From the IMG/VR virus record IMGVR_UViG_3300045988_042831: a stretch of 28,902 nucleotides of DNA; one strand, written 5' to 3'. Both the position numbers and the translations under genes were made by a program. Within the stretch, counting starts at the first letter, position 1. Each line of letters begins with the position of its first letter. Origin of the DNA: a virus. This document shows positions 8,772 to 17,808 of the stretch, in pieces. The notes beneath the pieces were generated by a model, which did no database searches, was not told the DNA's origin, and worked only from the letters and a program-made list of their open reading frames with translations.

Positions 8772-9179
8772 AGACTTTGCTGTCGTCTGCGCGTTGATCG
8801 CCCAAAGCTCGAGAATTGCCGGAAGCACCTCGTAAATCGAAAACGTCTCGAATCCGTCGAGCCACCCCTCCGGCGTGTCCGGGATGTTGGCGTCATACTG
8901 CCGCGCCATGATGTAGGCGGCATTTTCAAAAATTTCGAGGTCGGTCACGTCAAGCTGAGATTCGTGCACCAGCGCTTCATAGGCCTCGCGCTCTTCGGCG
9001 GGCGCATCTTCTGCCGGTTTTTTGGCATGGATGCCCTGCAGCGCTTTGGTGTACGCCTTCTGCAGGTTGTTTAGGTCCTGAATCATGTCCCGGCCGATTT
9101 TATGTCGGTAAAGGCGCGGGGTCAGGGCCGAAGCCCTAAACCCCACCTCCTTTCCGTCAATTTGAATTCTTTTCTCCAT
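8760..9179 (-). CDS. Tail assembly chaperone (gpG-like)
   Basis: It lies between the major tail protein and the TMP. The start MEKRIQIDGKEV at 9179 has an AAAGG RBS. It ends in SKKK-stop inside the slippery run. Confidence 0.7.
   Translation of the reverse strand: MEKRIQIDGKEVGFRASALTPRLYRHKIGRDMIQDLNNLQKAYTKALQGIHAKKPAEDAPAEEREAYEALVHESQLDVTDLEIFENAAYIMARQYDANIPDTPEGWLDGFETFSIYEVLPAILELWAINAQTTAKSKKK
8763..8771 (-). promoter_or_regulatory. Slippery A9 run (TCT AAA AAA AAA TAA) for programmed -1 frameshifting
   Basis: Nine consecutive A on the minus strand lie directly before the chaperone stop codon. The frame arithmetic was checked by hand. Confidence 0.55.
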
Positions 9180-9193
9180 ATGCTTTACCTTTC

Positions 9194-9763
9194 TCAACCT
9201 GCGGTAGGCGTATAGACCTTCGTAAACCAAGCCGTGCGAACGCTCTCCGGCGTCTCACTGGTCGTGCGTGCAAAGACGTTGCCGTTTTCGAGCGACGTCG
9301 CAGAGATCGTGCTGGTCTGCGTCTGCGGCTCCTTGGTGTCCGTACTCGTCGCGCCGACAATGCCCGGGCGCGTGCCCGTGCAGTTGTACATGCAGTACAA
9401 ATCGTTGTCGGCGTCGCCGTCGATCTGAAAAAGGAGTGCGAAGCTCTTCGGCTCAACACCCACATTCTCAATGATCGTTTTGTCGGTGGCGTTGAGCACG
9501 TATCCCCATACATCCTGCAGCATCTTGTCAATAAATCGCGCCATTTCGAGGTCGCCCTCGTATCCGTTGTTCGAACTGGATTTGTAGTACACAACGCCGT
9601 CCGCGTAAAACGGCGTAATCTCGCCGCTCGCCTCGAGCGACAGATTCACGGCGCCCGGCACAGGGACCGGATTTTCCCATGTCGGCGTTTCGCCGTCTGC
9701 GGTCATTACCGCGTAGTGCACGTTTTTGATGTTAAACTGCACCTTGTTTTCGTTTGTCGCCAT
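9194..9763 (-). CDS. Major tail protein (phi13 family-like)
   Basis: 189 aa. MATNENKVQFNIKNVHYAV..TPTWENPVPVPGAVNLSLEASGE..FYADGV is typical of this family. It sits upstream of the chaperones. Confidence 0.8.
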   Translation of the reverse strand: MATNENKVQFNIKNVHYAVMTADGETPTWENPVPVPGAVNLSLEASGEITPFYADGVVYYKSSSNNGYEGDLEMARFIDKMLQDVWGYVLNATDKTIIENVGVEPKSFALLFQIDGDADNDLYCMYNCTGTRPGIVGATSTDTKEPQTQTSTISATSLENGNVFARTTSETPESVRTAWFTKVYTPTAG

Positions 9764-9765
9764 TG

Positions 9766-10077
9766 TTACACCTCAACTTCGTACAAAATTTGATAACATT
9801 TTTCTGTGTCAATATAAGTTTCCGATTTTTCCCAAAAGAGCGAGGACAGGGCGCTTTCCACCATGCCCTCCGCTTCGGGATTTTTATCTTTTGTGTAAAG
9901 CTCGATCTGCACATGATCGATTGGCTGGTATACGACGCCGTCCGCCGAAAAGTTGTTGCTGTATGCGGCGAGATAGCAGATGTACGGCAACTCAGGCGCT
10001 CCGCCAATCGGCCATGCCCTGTATACCACGGGCAAACCTGTGCTTTCCAAAAGCTGATATAGATTCTCCAGCGTCAT
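9766..10077 (-). CDS. Tail terminator / tail completion protein
   Basis: 103 aa, lying between the HK97 gp10-like protein and the major tail protein. The call rests on synteny. Confidence 0.5.
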   Translation of the reverse strand: MTLENLYQLLESTGLPVVYRAWPIGGAPELPYICYLAAYSNNFSADGVVYQPIDHVQIELYTKDKNPEAEGMVESALSSLFWEKSETYIDTEKCYQILYEVEV

Positions 10078-10454
10078 TTTTTGATCACCACCTTCACGGC
10101 ACCCACGAGCTTATCTGCAGCAGCCTGCTCGGCCGGGCGGATATGCGGCTTGCCGTCCACGCGGCCACCGTTTACCTTTGCATGACCGTTTTCGAGCAGA
10201 TGCGTGAGCTGCGGCTTTGTGCGGTTGGATATGCGCACCCGGATGTCCTCTGGGCTTTCAAACTCCACCTTGGACGTCCAGCCACGCGCATACTCGCCGG
10301 TATCCCGCGGGGATGTCGTTTTCAACGTGCGGACTGTTTCTTTTGCCACGTCCTTCACCGATTTTTTTAGGCCTTTGGCGACCTCATCGCTGTAAGCCTT
10401 GAGCTCTTTCACAATCTCGATTTCAAGCTCCTGTAACCGGATTTTCCGCGCCAC
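10074..10454 (-). CDS. HK97 gp10-family head-tail joining protein
   Basis: ..SPRDTGEYARGWT..HLLENGH.. motif, together with its position. Confidence 0.7.
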   Translation of the reverse strand: MARKIRLQELEIEIVKELKAYSDEVAKGLKKSVKDVAKETVRTLKTTSPRDTGEYARGWTSKVEFESPEDIRVRISNRTKPQLTHLLENGHAKVNGGRVDGKPHIRPAEQAAADKLVGAVKVVIKK

Positions 10455-10767
10455 GCGCTACACCCGCCTTCCGTTCGAGATACAGCTCAATGCTGTCGTT
10501 ATCCGGGTCTAAGTAGGTGCGGTACACGGCATATCGGCGCGCATTTTCACCCGAGCCGATCTGCACGATCTGCTCGCCGCTGTAATTCACAATCGGCGTC
10601 ACGGCGACAAGCTGCGGCTGCAGTCCGTTCTGTCCGGCGTCTGCCCACTCTGCTCTCGTGACCGATTGCAGGTGCGCCCATACCGACGTTGTTGTCTCCG
10701 TCACCGTGACGTTTCCGATTGCGTCTTTTTTGTAGCTTTCAGCGATCAACAAAATGAGATCATCCAT
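10423..10767 (-). CDS. Head closure / head-tail adaptor (SPP1 gp16-like)
   Basis: 114 aa. The pattern ..VWA....S..E...AGQ......V.......Y is typical of Phage_H_T_join. Synteny supports the call. Confidence 0.6.
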   Translation of the reverse strand: MDDLILLIAESYKKDAIGNVTVTETTTSVWAHLQSVTRAEWADAGQNGLQPQLVAVTPIVNYSGEQIVQIGSGENARRYAVYRTYLDPDNDSIELYLERKAGVARGAENPVTGA

Positions 10768-11044
10768 CTGCCGTCCCTTTCTGGCCGAAAAGCCGGTTGT
10801 TTAGTGCCCACCGCAGCATGCGTGGCATCTGCACGTTTTCCTCGCGCCGGCGGCGGTACAGGTAAGCGGCATACATTTCGACGAGCATCGCATCCTGCGC
10901 TGTATCCGCCAGCGTGATGCCCTCCTGCGCGATGTAGGCTCTGGCCGATGTGATCAATACAAGCAGATACAGGTCGAGCGCAGAGCTTGAAACTTGCAGG
11001 TCAACCTTCAAAATCTCTAGAATATCTTCATCCGTTAACGTCAA
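10760..11044 (-). CDS. gp6-like head-tail connector
   Basis: 94 aa. MTLTDEDILEILKVD... N-terminus. It lies directly downstream of the capsid gene. Confidence 0.6.
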   Translation of the reverse strand: MTLTDEDILEILKVDLQVSSSALDLYLLVLITSARAYIAQEGITLADTAQDAMLVEMYAAYLYRRRREENVQMPRMLRWALNNRLFGQKGTADG

Positions 11045-11065
11045 CGCCGCTTACCTCCTTGTTTT

Positions 11066-12748
11066 TTACTTTGTTACCGAGACCGTATAGACGCGCACTG
11101 CGTTGCCCTGCGTAACCGTGACCGTCAGCGGATGCGCTGCGCCGTCCGTCAGCCATGTCACTGTGCCACCATTGCGCACATTCTGGCCGTTGTAGCTGAT
11201 TGCCACCTTCGCGCCCGGCTGGCTGCTGGTTGCCTCGATCTTTGCGCTCGTCCCGGTGGGTGCAAGCGTATAGCTGTATGTACCCGTTGCAAATACGGGC
11301 GACAGCGTCTCTGTGCCGACCGCCAGCGCGGTAAGCTGCGCGTCGTTTGCGGTATCTGCGGCAAAGTCCATCACGGTCGTGACCGCCGCGTTGTTGATGT
11401 TGATCGCAACAAATGCGCCCGGGATTACCGGCATACCGTCTGCGCGCTCCTTGCCTTTGAATACGGTGTTGTCCTGGATAAACTGCACCTCACGGCTGGA
11501 CTCGATTGTCATGCCGGCGCGCAGCGCGAGCAGGTACAGATCGCCGTAACCGCCGATGATGTCGCCGTCCGGGATAAACTCGAGCACATCGATGTCGCCA
11601 TCGACAACCGGCATTGTGCCCGGGAACTGCGCGACAAGACCGCCCTCGTAGTTAAACGCGATCAGCTTCGCGCGAAGCTTTGCGTAAGTTTTGCTGTTCA
11701 TCGCCCAGAACTGGCGGCCGCGGCTATAGCGCGTGAAGGTGTTGCCGGCTGCGACAGCCAAAGCGGACCAGAAAGTAATCGGTTCGGCCGTGCTGTCCAC
11801 TTTGAGGATGTTGCTGGTGTGGAGATCGACCCACTCCGGCGCATTTGCCGGATAATCGGCGGGCTTAGAGGTCTGCGCGAGGCGGGTCACGATGCCGAGC
11901 GGCATCTTGCTCGCCGCGCCCTTTCCGTACAGTATCGCCTTATCCAGTGCGAGGCCGATGCTCTCGGAGAGCATCTCCACGATCCAGCTTGCAAGGTTGA
12001 TGTCATTGTCCTCGAGGATCGAGTTGCACACCGGCACATAGCCGGAGACCTTGAAGCCGTCAAGCGTGACCTGATTAAAAACAAAGGTCAGCTCGTTGAT
12101 CGCGCCGCACATCTCCGTCCACACCGCTTCCGGAACCGTACCGGCAATGGTCTGGCGCGCCTCGCCGTTGACGTTGCGGATACGTACGCGGTTCAGCAGC
12201 TTAGAGTACCGGTACATGTTCTCCGCGATAATGTCGAGGAAAACGACCGGAATCGTGAGCTCTGCACCGGATACGCCGCGCTGCTGGCCCTTCATACTGC
12301 GCAACTGCGCAAAAAATTCGCGTACGTCCTCGCGGGCGACGATTTCGCTGCGCTGCTCCATCGGCAACGCGTCAAACGCACGTCGGCTCATGGGCAGCGC
12401 GCGGATGTTAATATTGGTTTCCATTTTTCTTTCCGTCCTTTCTTTTGTGAGATGGTTTTCTTTGCTTCTTGTTGGAGCAGCCGCTTCGGCCTCGGAAAGC
12501 TCCGCTTTAAGGCCCTCGATCTCGCCTGCCAACGCAGCTTTTTTGGCTTCGTGCGCAGTCTTGTCCGCGTCGAAGGTCTCTACCTCTTCGGTGACGGCCT
12601 GCTCCTGCTCCGACGTTTCTGCTTCGTTGATTGCTGTCTCAAGCTCAGCCTCACGCTTGGAAAACTCCGCATCCTTCTGGCGGAGCGTTTCCAGCTCGGC
12701 CTGCTTCTTTTCAATGCTGCGACGCAGCATGATTGCCTTAAGTGCCAT
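11066..12748 (-). CDS. Major capsid protein, HK97 fold, with an N-terminal coiled-coil (delta/scaffold-like) region and a C-terminal beta-sandwich (cadherin/Ig-like) extension
   Basis: 560 aa. The first ~110 aa are charged coiled coil, the HK97-like core lies downstream of the protease gene, and the last ~90 aa (LTALAVGTETLSPVFATGTYSYTL...VYTVSVTK) resemble a cadherin-like beta-sandwich. Confidence 0.85.
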   Translation of the reverse strand: MALKAIMLRRSIEKKQAELETLRQKDAEFSKREAELETAINEAETSEQEQAVTEEVETFDADKTAHEAKKAALAGEIEGLKAELSEAEAAAPTRSKENHLTKERTERKMETNINIRALPMSRRAFDALPMEQRSEIVAREDVREFFAQLRSMKGQQRGVSGAELTIPVVFLDIIAENMYRYSKLLNRVRIRNVNGEARQTIAGTVPEAVWTEMCGAINELTFVFNQVTLDGFKVSGYVPVCNSILEDNDINLASWIVEMLSESIGLALDKAILYGKGAASKMPLGIVTRLAQTSKPADYPANAPEWVDLHTSNILKVDSTAEPITFWSALAVAAGNTFTRYSRGRQFWAMNSKTYAKLRAKLIAFNYEGGLVAQFPGTMPVVDGDIDVLEFIPDGDIIGGYGDLYLLALRAGMTIESSREVQFIQDNTVFKGKERADGMPVIPGAFVAININNAAVTTVMDFAADTANDAQLTALAVGTETLSPVFATGTYSYTLAPTGTSAKIEATSSQPGAKVAISYNGQNVRNGGTVTWLTDGAAHPLTVTVTQGNAVRVYTVSVTK

Positions 12749-13319
12749 TGTCTTCTCCTTTCAGGCGGCTTTTCATCCTTGCCTGCCATTCCTCTTTTCT
12801 GCGTTTCTCTGCCTGCTCAAAATCTTTCCGGCGCGCCTCTACCGAGGTGTCCTCATAAGCCGGAAACGTTACGACGGAAACTTCGTATAGCTTCACAGCC
12901 TTGATCCGCCACACCGTCGGCACACTGTCCTTGTATTCGACATCTTGATCGAGGATGTCAAATCCGAAAGAGCACTGATTCACGTCGCCGCGCTTCACAC
13001 GCTCGTAAAGGTTCATCGCATCCTGATCCTGTTGGTTGATCGTGACGCTGCCCCAAAGTCCCCGCTCATCTACGCGCAGCGAAAGCGTCCCCGCCGTTGT
13101 GCGTCCTAGTACAAGCGTCGTGTCGTGGTTAACGAGCGCCCGTACATCTCCGTTCGTTTGTCCGTCGAATGCTCCGGGCTCGATCGTCTCATATGCGCCA
13201 TCCCAGAGCTCGTATCGGCTCCCAAACACGGCGAAATACCCCTCGATATAGAGATTTCCGCCCTCGGCACGGGTGCAGAAACCTTCGCTCCGCGCCATAG
13301 CCGTGCGTTTATACATCAT
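12738..13319 (-). CDS. Prohead protease (HK97 / peptidase S78 family)
   Basis: ..YIEGYFAVFGS...ETIEPGAFD...LVNHD.. pattern. It lies between portal and capsid, with an ATGA overlap with the portal gene. Confidence 0.85.
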   Translation of the reverse strand: MMYKRTAMARSEGFCTRAEGGNLYIEGYFAVFGSRYELWDGAYETIEPGAFDGQTNGDVRALVNHDTTLVLGRTTAGTLSLRVDERGLWGSVTINQQDQDAMNLYERVKRGDVNQCSFGFDILDQDVEYKDSVPTVWRIKAVKLYEVSVVTFPAYEDTSVEARRKDFEQAEKRRKEEWQARMKSRLKGEDNGT

Positions 13320-14506
13320 GTGTTGTCACCTCCGTTCAGTTTGTTTTGATCTCCGATCATCCCTCGCGGGATGTAGTTCTCGAGGATTACAAGGTCGTCG
13401 AGGCCGGAAAGCGGAGAAAGTCCGATCCAGTCGCGCACCTCGTTTCCGGTCATGATCCCGCGTACATATTGATCGTTCGCCACCGCTGCAAGGTCGCGCA
13501 GGTCATAGTTGTAAAGGCTCCGCGCGTTAAACCGAAAAAACCAATCTGGATTGTACAGGAGCTTTTTGGTCATTTCCTGTTCGATGTTCTTCGCGACCGG
13601 CATGATCGTGGAGCTGATAAAGTTGTTCCAAGCGTCGCGGTGGAAATCCCCGATCCCCAAAACAAAAGGCGGCACGCCAAGAATGGCAGCCACCGTCCGT
13701 TTATCTAACTGTACGAAATCCGCGAGCGCAAGGTCGGAGAGCGTAAGCGGCCGAACCTGTTCCACGCTGAACTGCTCGGACGGGATCATCCATGGCTCGC
13801 CCGCCTGCGCTGTGTCGATATACTCGTGCAGGAGCTTTCTGCGCCCTTCCGCGCTCGCAAATTCGTCCGTGAGCGCATCCACCTTGACGATAATGCTCGG
13901 TTTCCAGTTGCTGGACATAAAACTTTTTTCCGTGGTGGCCGCCTGCTTGAGATTGTTCGCGACGTCTGTCAGCGCGACACGGTAGCCCTCGCCTTTCCAC
14001 GGATAATAGCTCCCGGGATTTAAAACAAAGTGCAGCACGTCGTCCGGGTCGTACTCCTGTCCGGCAATCACCACACGATAATCCCACACGCCATCCGGGA
14101 CAAACGCTGTAAAAGCTGGCGGCACCGGTTTGAGGTCGCGCAGGATTCCGCGCTGCGTTTCCGGCCACACCACCGCGTTTCCGTTTCCTTCGAGCATCAG
14201 CGTCTTAACAATCCAGTGGATAAACGCCGCGCGGGTCATATTGTTGTTCGGACTGATGTCCACCTTGCGGCTCAGCTCGTTTTTGACCCGGATGTCACCG
14301 GTCTCCGTGTTTTCCATCAGATGGATGGTCATACTCGCGATTAGCCGCGCGATCGTGTCCACTGCCGTGCAGATCTCGGGATTCTGCGCAAGGCTCACGT
14401 AGCCCCGGCATTCGATAGATTCCCAGAGGTCTGCGCCCGCAAAGGCGATGCTCCTGCGCACCGGCTCGGCGCGCGGCGCTGGCCTGCTTCTTTTCTTCTT
14501 ACTCAA
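13316..14506 (-). CDS. Portal protein (HK97 family)
   Basis: 396 aa, downstream of TerL. The TTG start overlaps the TerL stop (TTGA). Confidence 0.85.
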   Translation of the reverse strand: MSKKKRSRPAPRAEPVRRSIAFAGADLWESIECRGYVSLAQNPEICTAVDTIARLIASMTIHLMENTETGDIRVKNELSRKVDISPNNNMTRAAFIHWIVKTLMLEGNGNAVVWPETQRGILRDLKPVPPAFTAFVPDGVWDYRVVIAGQEYDPDDVLHFVLNPGSYYPWKGEGYRVALTDVANNLKQAATTEKSFMSSNWKPSIIVKVDALTDEFASAEGRRKLLHEYIDTAQAGEPWMIPSEQFSVEQVRPLTLSDLALADFVQLDKRTVAAILGVPPFVLGIGDFHRDAWNNFISSTIMPVAKNIEQEMTKKLLYNPDWFFRFNARSLYNYDLRDLAAVANDQYVRGIMTGNEVRDWIGLSPLSGLDDLVILENYIPRGMIGDQNKLNGGDNT

Positions 14507-16251
14507 GCTTCACCCCACCATTTCTTCGCCGCCCTGTTTTTTTCAAGGCTTTCGAGGTATCGGATGCAGGCAAACACCGACGCATCAAAAAGATCGATGC
14601 GGTGTGCCGGCTGCACCTTATCATATTGGATCATGTCGTCCGTCTTTTCGACGGCGGACACGTTTTCCACACAATACTCGTAGGCTTCCGAATGCAAGTA
14701 AAAAAGAGCGCCGTTTTTTGCACTCTGCTCGATATGTCGGAAGCCCTCCGACTTTTTGTAAAAATACTGTGGCTGATCGACGACTTGAAACCCCGCCGAT
14801 TTCATGCCGATAAAATATTCTCGGCAGAATTTCCGATCGTGCCCGACCTGCCGGATTTTAAAGCCCCTGCGGCGCATCTCAACGAACCAGCTGACGACAT
14901 CCGCATGGTTCACGGTCGGGCTGTTGCACATCGTAAGCCAGCCGTCGTCCTGCCACCCAAAAAGCGGGATGTTGTCCTGCTCCGCCTTGATATGCGCGGC
15001 GACCACCGGGAAAAAGGCGTGCGTGATCACGATGTCCACACCCCTGTAATGCCCGAAAAGCGCCGCAGCCGTCAGGTCGTGGAGCTTTGACAGATCCGCG
15101 CCGCCGTACCAGTCGATCGGCAGCTTTGCCAACTCGTCGAGCGTCCAGCTGTACTTGGCGTCGCTCCGGCGGAACTCCTCGATGTTGAAATACGCCTTGA
15201 CCGCGTTCGTGTATACGTTCAGACTTTTTGCGAAAAAATCCTTGCGCTGCTGCGGGTCGTTCTGCGCCTGCAAGCTGTCGTTTAGGATTTCCTCCGGGCG
15301 GATGCTCACGCCGTAGGCCGGGTTTGCCATTTCATGCACGACCGGGTTCGTGTAGTCGATATTACCGTTTTCGTCCGGATTTGCGCAGCACATAAAGATA
15401 AAGTACTGCTCGTCCTTCACCGTGCCGTCCAGCACCTTTCGGCAATATTTTAGCCGCTGCCCAAGGAATGCCTGCTCGTTGTCGCCCGCGGTCGAGATGC
15501 CGATCAGCAGCTTATTGGTGTAGGCTTTCATGGCCTCTTTGAAAAGATTGTACTGCTTCGGCGTTTTAAAGGCATGAATCTCGTCGCAGATCGCGATGTT
15601 GCAGTTTAGGGAGTCCTGCGCGTCCGGGTTTGCCGCTAGTGCGCGGATAAAAAAAGATCCGTCCGGAAGCGTGGCCTCCATGGAGTGCTCGTTGTTGTTG
15701 TCGATGATTTTGACACATCCACCGCTTTTTGCGTCCTCACCCATCCGGCGGACGTTGTAGTCCAAAAAATTGAAGCTCTCCAACGACTGCATCAGCGCCG
15801 CCGACGCGATATAGGTTTTTGACCCGCTGCGCCGGTAAAGGAGTGAGAGCGCCCAGGAAAGCGCCGCGGCAAAACTTGTCTTAATGTTTTTTCTGGGGAT
15901 AAAGATCAGCGCTTCGTGGAATCGAACGACGTCCGTTCCGCGCAGCTTGAAGCCCACAAGATTGTAAACGATGAATTTGTGAAACGGCTCAAGCTTGAAC
16001 GGCGTCCCGCGCAGCGGCGTGCCGTCCAGCTTCTCCCCCTGTTGGTGGCAGATCGTTTTTTCGATGATCCGGATGCAAAACTCAGGCGCTTTGCTATCCA
16101 TCCAGTACTCGGGATTGTCGAGGTCTAAAAAGAACCGATCCACAGCTTGGCGCAACTCCACGTACGCCGCTTTTCGACCAGTCCGAATGCTTTCGGCGTA
16201 CTCGAGAGCCTCCGGCCAGTTTTTCCCTTTAACCGGATTCAATGCTGGCAA
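14503..16251 (-). CDS. terL: Terminase large subunit (Terminase_1 family)
   Basis: 582 aa. It has a typical N-terminus (..AVDRFF.DL...) and an ATPase region, and it follows TerS. Confidence 0.9.
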   Translation of the reverse strand: MPALNPVKGKNWPEALEYAESIRTGRKAAYVELRQAVDRFFLDLDNPEYWMDSKAPEFCIRIIEKTICHQQGEKLDGTPLRGTPFKLEPFHKFIVYNLVGFKLRGTDVVRFHEALIFIPRKNIKTSFAAALSWALSLLYRRSGSKTYIASAALMQSLESFNFLDYNVRRMGEDAKSGGCVKIIDNNNEHSMEATLPDGSFFIRALAANPDAQDSLNCNIAICDEIHAFKTPKQYNLFKEAMKAYTNKLLIGISTAGDNEQAFLGQRLKYCRKVLDGTVKDEQYFIFMCCANPDENGNIDYTNPVVHEMANPAYGVSIRPEEILNDSLQAQNDPQQRKDFFAKSLNVYTNAVKAYFNIEEFRRSDAKYSWTLDELAKLPIDWYGGADLSKLHDLTAAALFGHYRGVDIVITHAFFPVVAAHIKAEQDNIPLFGWQDDGWLTMCNSPTVNHADVVSWFVEMRRRGFKIRQVGHDRKFCREYFIGMKSAGFQVVDQPQYFYKKSEGFRHIEQSAKNGALFYLHSEAYEYCVENVSAVEKTDDMIQYDKVQPAHRIDLFDASVFACIRYLESLEKNRAAKKWWGEA

Positions 16252-16594
16252 GCGCCGCAGCCAGTCCGCCCGGCTTTTCCAGACGCGGCGCGTCTCCCGT
16301 CATTTTTTTATAGCTCGAGGGTGTCATTCCAAGCTCGCGCCAGTACGCCAAAGCACTCTTGTTCAGATCATCCCAAAGCACAAGCAGCGGATTTTTCGTC
16401 ATGTTTGTCGAGCCGCCCTTGTTCGTGTACTCGATGACCGACTTTCCGCCGGAAGCTTGGAACTCCCTGAAAGTCTTGTCCCGCTGCTCGAGGATTCCCG
16501 CCAAAGTATCCACCGCGGAATCATACGCGTCCTTCTGCACCCCAAGTGCAGACATCTGCTCCAAAATCAGTTTTTTCCATTTGTTTTTGGTCAT
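16229..16594 (-). CDS. terS: Terminase small subunit (P27 family)
   Basis: ..[16 protein letters not shown]....[11 protein letters not shown].. The start is uncertain (ATG 16594, ATG 16603 or TTG 16615). Confidence 0.8.
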   Translation of the reverse strand: MTKNKWKKLILEQMSALGVQKDAYDSAVDTLAGILEQRDKTFREFQASGGKSVIEYTNKGGSTNMTKNPLLVLWDDLNKSALAYWRELGMTPSSYKKMTGDAPRLEKPGGLAAALASIESG

Positions 16595-16639
16595 ATCCTG
16601 CATCCCTTTTGTCAAAAATCTGCCCAGAGTTGGAAAGAG

Positions 16640-16840
16640 TTACCCCCGCCGGTCCCTACAAGCCCCGGAAGGCGCGTCGGATGAGGGGGGGATCTCTGCG
16701 TCCGTTGAACAAGCGCCGCCCGTGAGTGCAGATATTTCTTTTATTTTTTCATACAGACTTTTGATGTCTCTGATCGCGCAGTCAAGCTCTTCTCGGTCGA
16801 CTTTTATTTTTACCGTGATGTGCGGCTCTTTATCGCTCAT
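16640..16840 (-). CDS. Hypothetical protein, 66 aa
   Basis: The start at 16840 has RBS GGGGAGG and an ATGA overlap with the HNH stop. No family was recognised. Confidence 0.5.
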   Translation of the reverse strand: MSDKEPHITVKIKVDREELDCAIRDIKSLYEKIKEISALTGGACSTDAEIPPSSDAPSGACRDRRG

Positions 16841-17088
16841 ATCCTGTACCTCCCCGCGTTCTTTGCTTTTTCCGGATGCATTTTGTTGTGGCACGCCTCA
16901 CACAGGCTGATAAGATTGTCTGCGTTATACGCAAGCTCCGGATGCTCATCCGCGTGCTCTATGTGGTGTACGGTCGTTGCTTGACGGCGCCGCCCATACC
17001 GCAGGCAATACCGGCACAGATAACCGTCCCGCCTCAGTACAGACGCTCGCAACCTCCGCCATCTCGGCGCGTTGTAATCAAAGCTCAT
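16837..17088 (-). CDS. HNH endonuclease core (packaging-associated)
   Basis: ..RWRRLRASVLRRDGYLCRYC....VHHIEH....N..SLCEACHNKMH. The start MSFDY at 17088 has a GGAG RBS and an ATGA overlap with the upstream ORF. Confidence 0.8.
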   Translation of the reverse strand: MSFDYNAPRWRRLRASVLRRDGYLCRYCLRYGRRRQATTVHHIEHADEHPELAYNADNLISLCEACHNKMHPEKAKNAGRYRI

Positions 17089-17282
17089 GATCCTATCTCC
17101 GAATCGCTGCACTCTTTCTTCCCGGTCTCCCGCAGATACGCTTCCCGCCGCTCCGTCAGCCGCGTGGTGCATAGCGCATACGGGCAAACCACAAGCATGC
17201 ACAAATGCTCGCCCGTCCTCGCGTATGTATCCCAAACGCAACCGCTTGAGCGTGGACACGGGCGATATGCTTTTTTACTCAT
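17085..17282 (-). CDS. Cys-rich 65-aa protein resembling the N-terminal zinc-ribbon part of phage HNH endonucleases
   Basis: MSKKAYRPCPRSSGC...CPYALC. RBS GGGAGG. It has ATGA overlaps at both ends (17279-17282 and 17085-17088). Confidence 0.5.
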   Translation of the reverse strand: MSKKAYRPCPRSSGCVWDTYARTGEHLCMLVVCPYALCTTRLTERREAYLRETGKKECSDSEIGS

Positions 17283-17596
17283 CTCTTTGCTTTCCTCCCG
17301 AGCTCCTCAATCAATTTTAATTCGCGCTTTGATAGTTCCCATTTCTCCGCTGCTGCTTTCTCCGCTGCTGCTTTCTCCGCTGCTTTCCGTTCCGATAGCA
17401 AGAGACCACCGCCGAAACAACTTTTTTTGGCTTCTGCCTGCGCGTCTAACTTTGCGATAGCAGTGCATTCATCGCGACGCACCTTAAAGTCTATGCCGTA
17501 CTTAGAGTACCGCTGAAGCATCGCCGCAGTGACTACGTTATCCGGGTAATCATACTTTGGCCGCGTTCTGGTTTTTTCGGCTTTTAATCTATCCAC
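17279..17596 (-). CDS. Hypothetical protein with an (AAEKA)n repeat
   Basis: 105-aa ORF encoding ERKAAEKAAAEKAAAEKWE. No family was recognised. Confidence 0.5.
   Translation of the reverse strand: MDRLKAEKTRTRPKYDYPDNVVTAAMLQRYSKYGIDFKVRRDECTAIAKLDAQAEAKKSCFGGGLLLSERKAAEKAAAEKAAAEKWELSKRELKLIEELGRKAKR
17342..17385. repeat. 15-bp tandem repeat (tttctccgctgctgc, about 2.8 copies), coding
   Basis: Read directly from the sequence. It encodes the AAEKA repeats of the 17279-17596 ORF. Confidence 0.8.
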
Positions 17597-17757
17597 AACC
17601 TCTTGTACCGCGCGACCAAGTTCGGGTGCCGCCAGTTTTTTACCACCTCGTATACCTCCGGCGGAGTGTAGCAGTCATCCGTCGTTAACTTAGGCTTAAA
17701 TTTGTTCACAAACGCCTCGTACTCTGCGTTGCTCTCTAAAGCTGTCTGTTTTTCCAT
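17584..17757 (-). CDS. 57-aa protein resembling only the N-terminus of a phage adenine-methyltransferase-like family (..KPKLTTDDCYTPPEVYEVV..)
   Basis: The start MEKQ at 17757 lies 5 nt after AGGAGG. The motif is recalled from memory. No (D/N)PP(Y/F) catalytic motif follows, so it may be a remnant. Confidence 0.4.
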   Translation of the reverse strand: MEKQTALESNAEYEAFVNKFKPKLTTDDCYTPPEVYEVVKNWRHPNLVARYKRLWID

Positions 17758-17776
17758 CGGCGCCTCCTGCATAGCA

Positions 17777-17808
17777 AAAGCGCCGAGGAACCTAATCCCC
17801 GGCGCTTT
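17777..17808 (-). terminator. Intrinsic terminator-like hairpin between the early/middle genes and the late operon
   Basis: A 9-bp stem, aaagcgccg (17777-17785) with cggcgcttt (17800-17808), and a 14-nt loop. On the minus strand it is followed by UUUUGCUAU. Confidence 0.5.

Noticed and set aside
16837-17259. The 140-aa long form of the HNH ORF starting at 17259
   Set aside because: There is no RBS at 17259 and its N-terminal 57 aa look non-protein-like. The alternative frame has a strong RBS, ATGA coupling at both ends and an HNH-N-terminus-like Cys motif.
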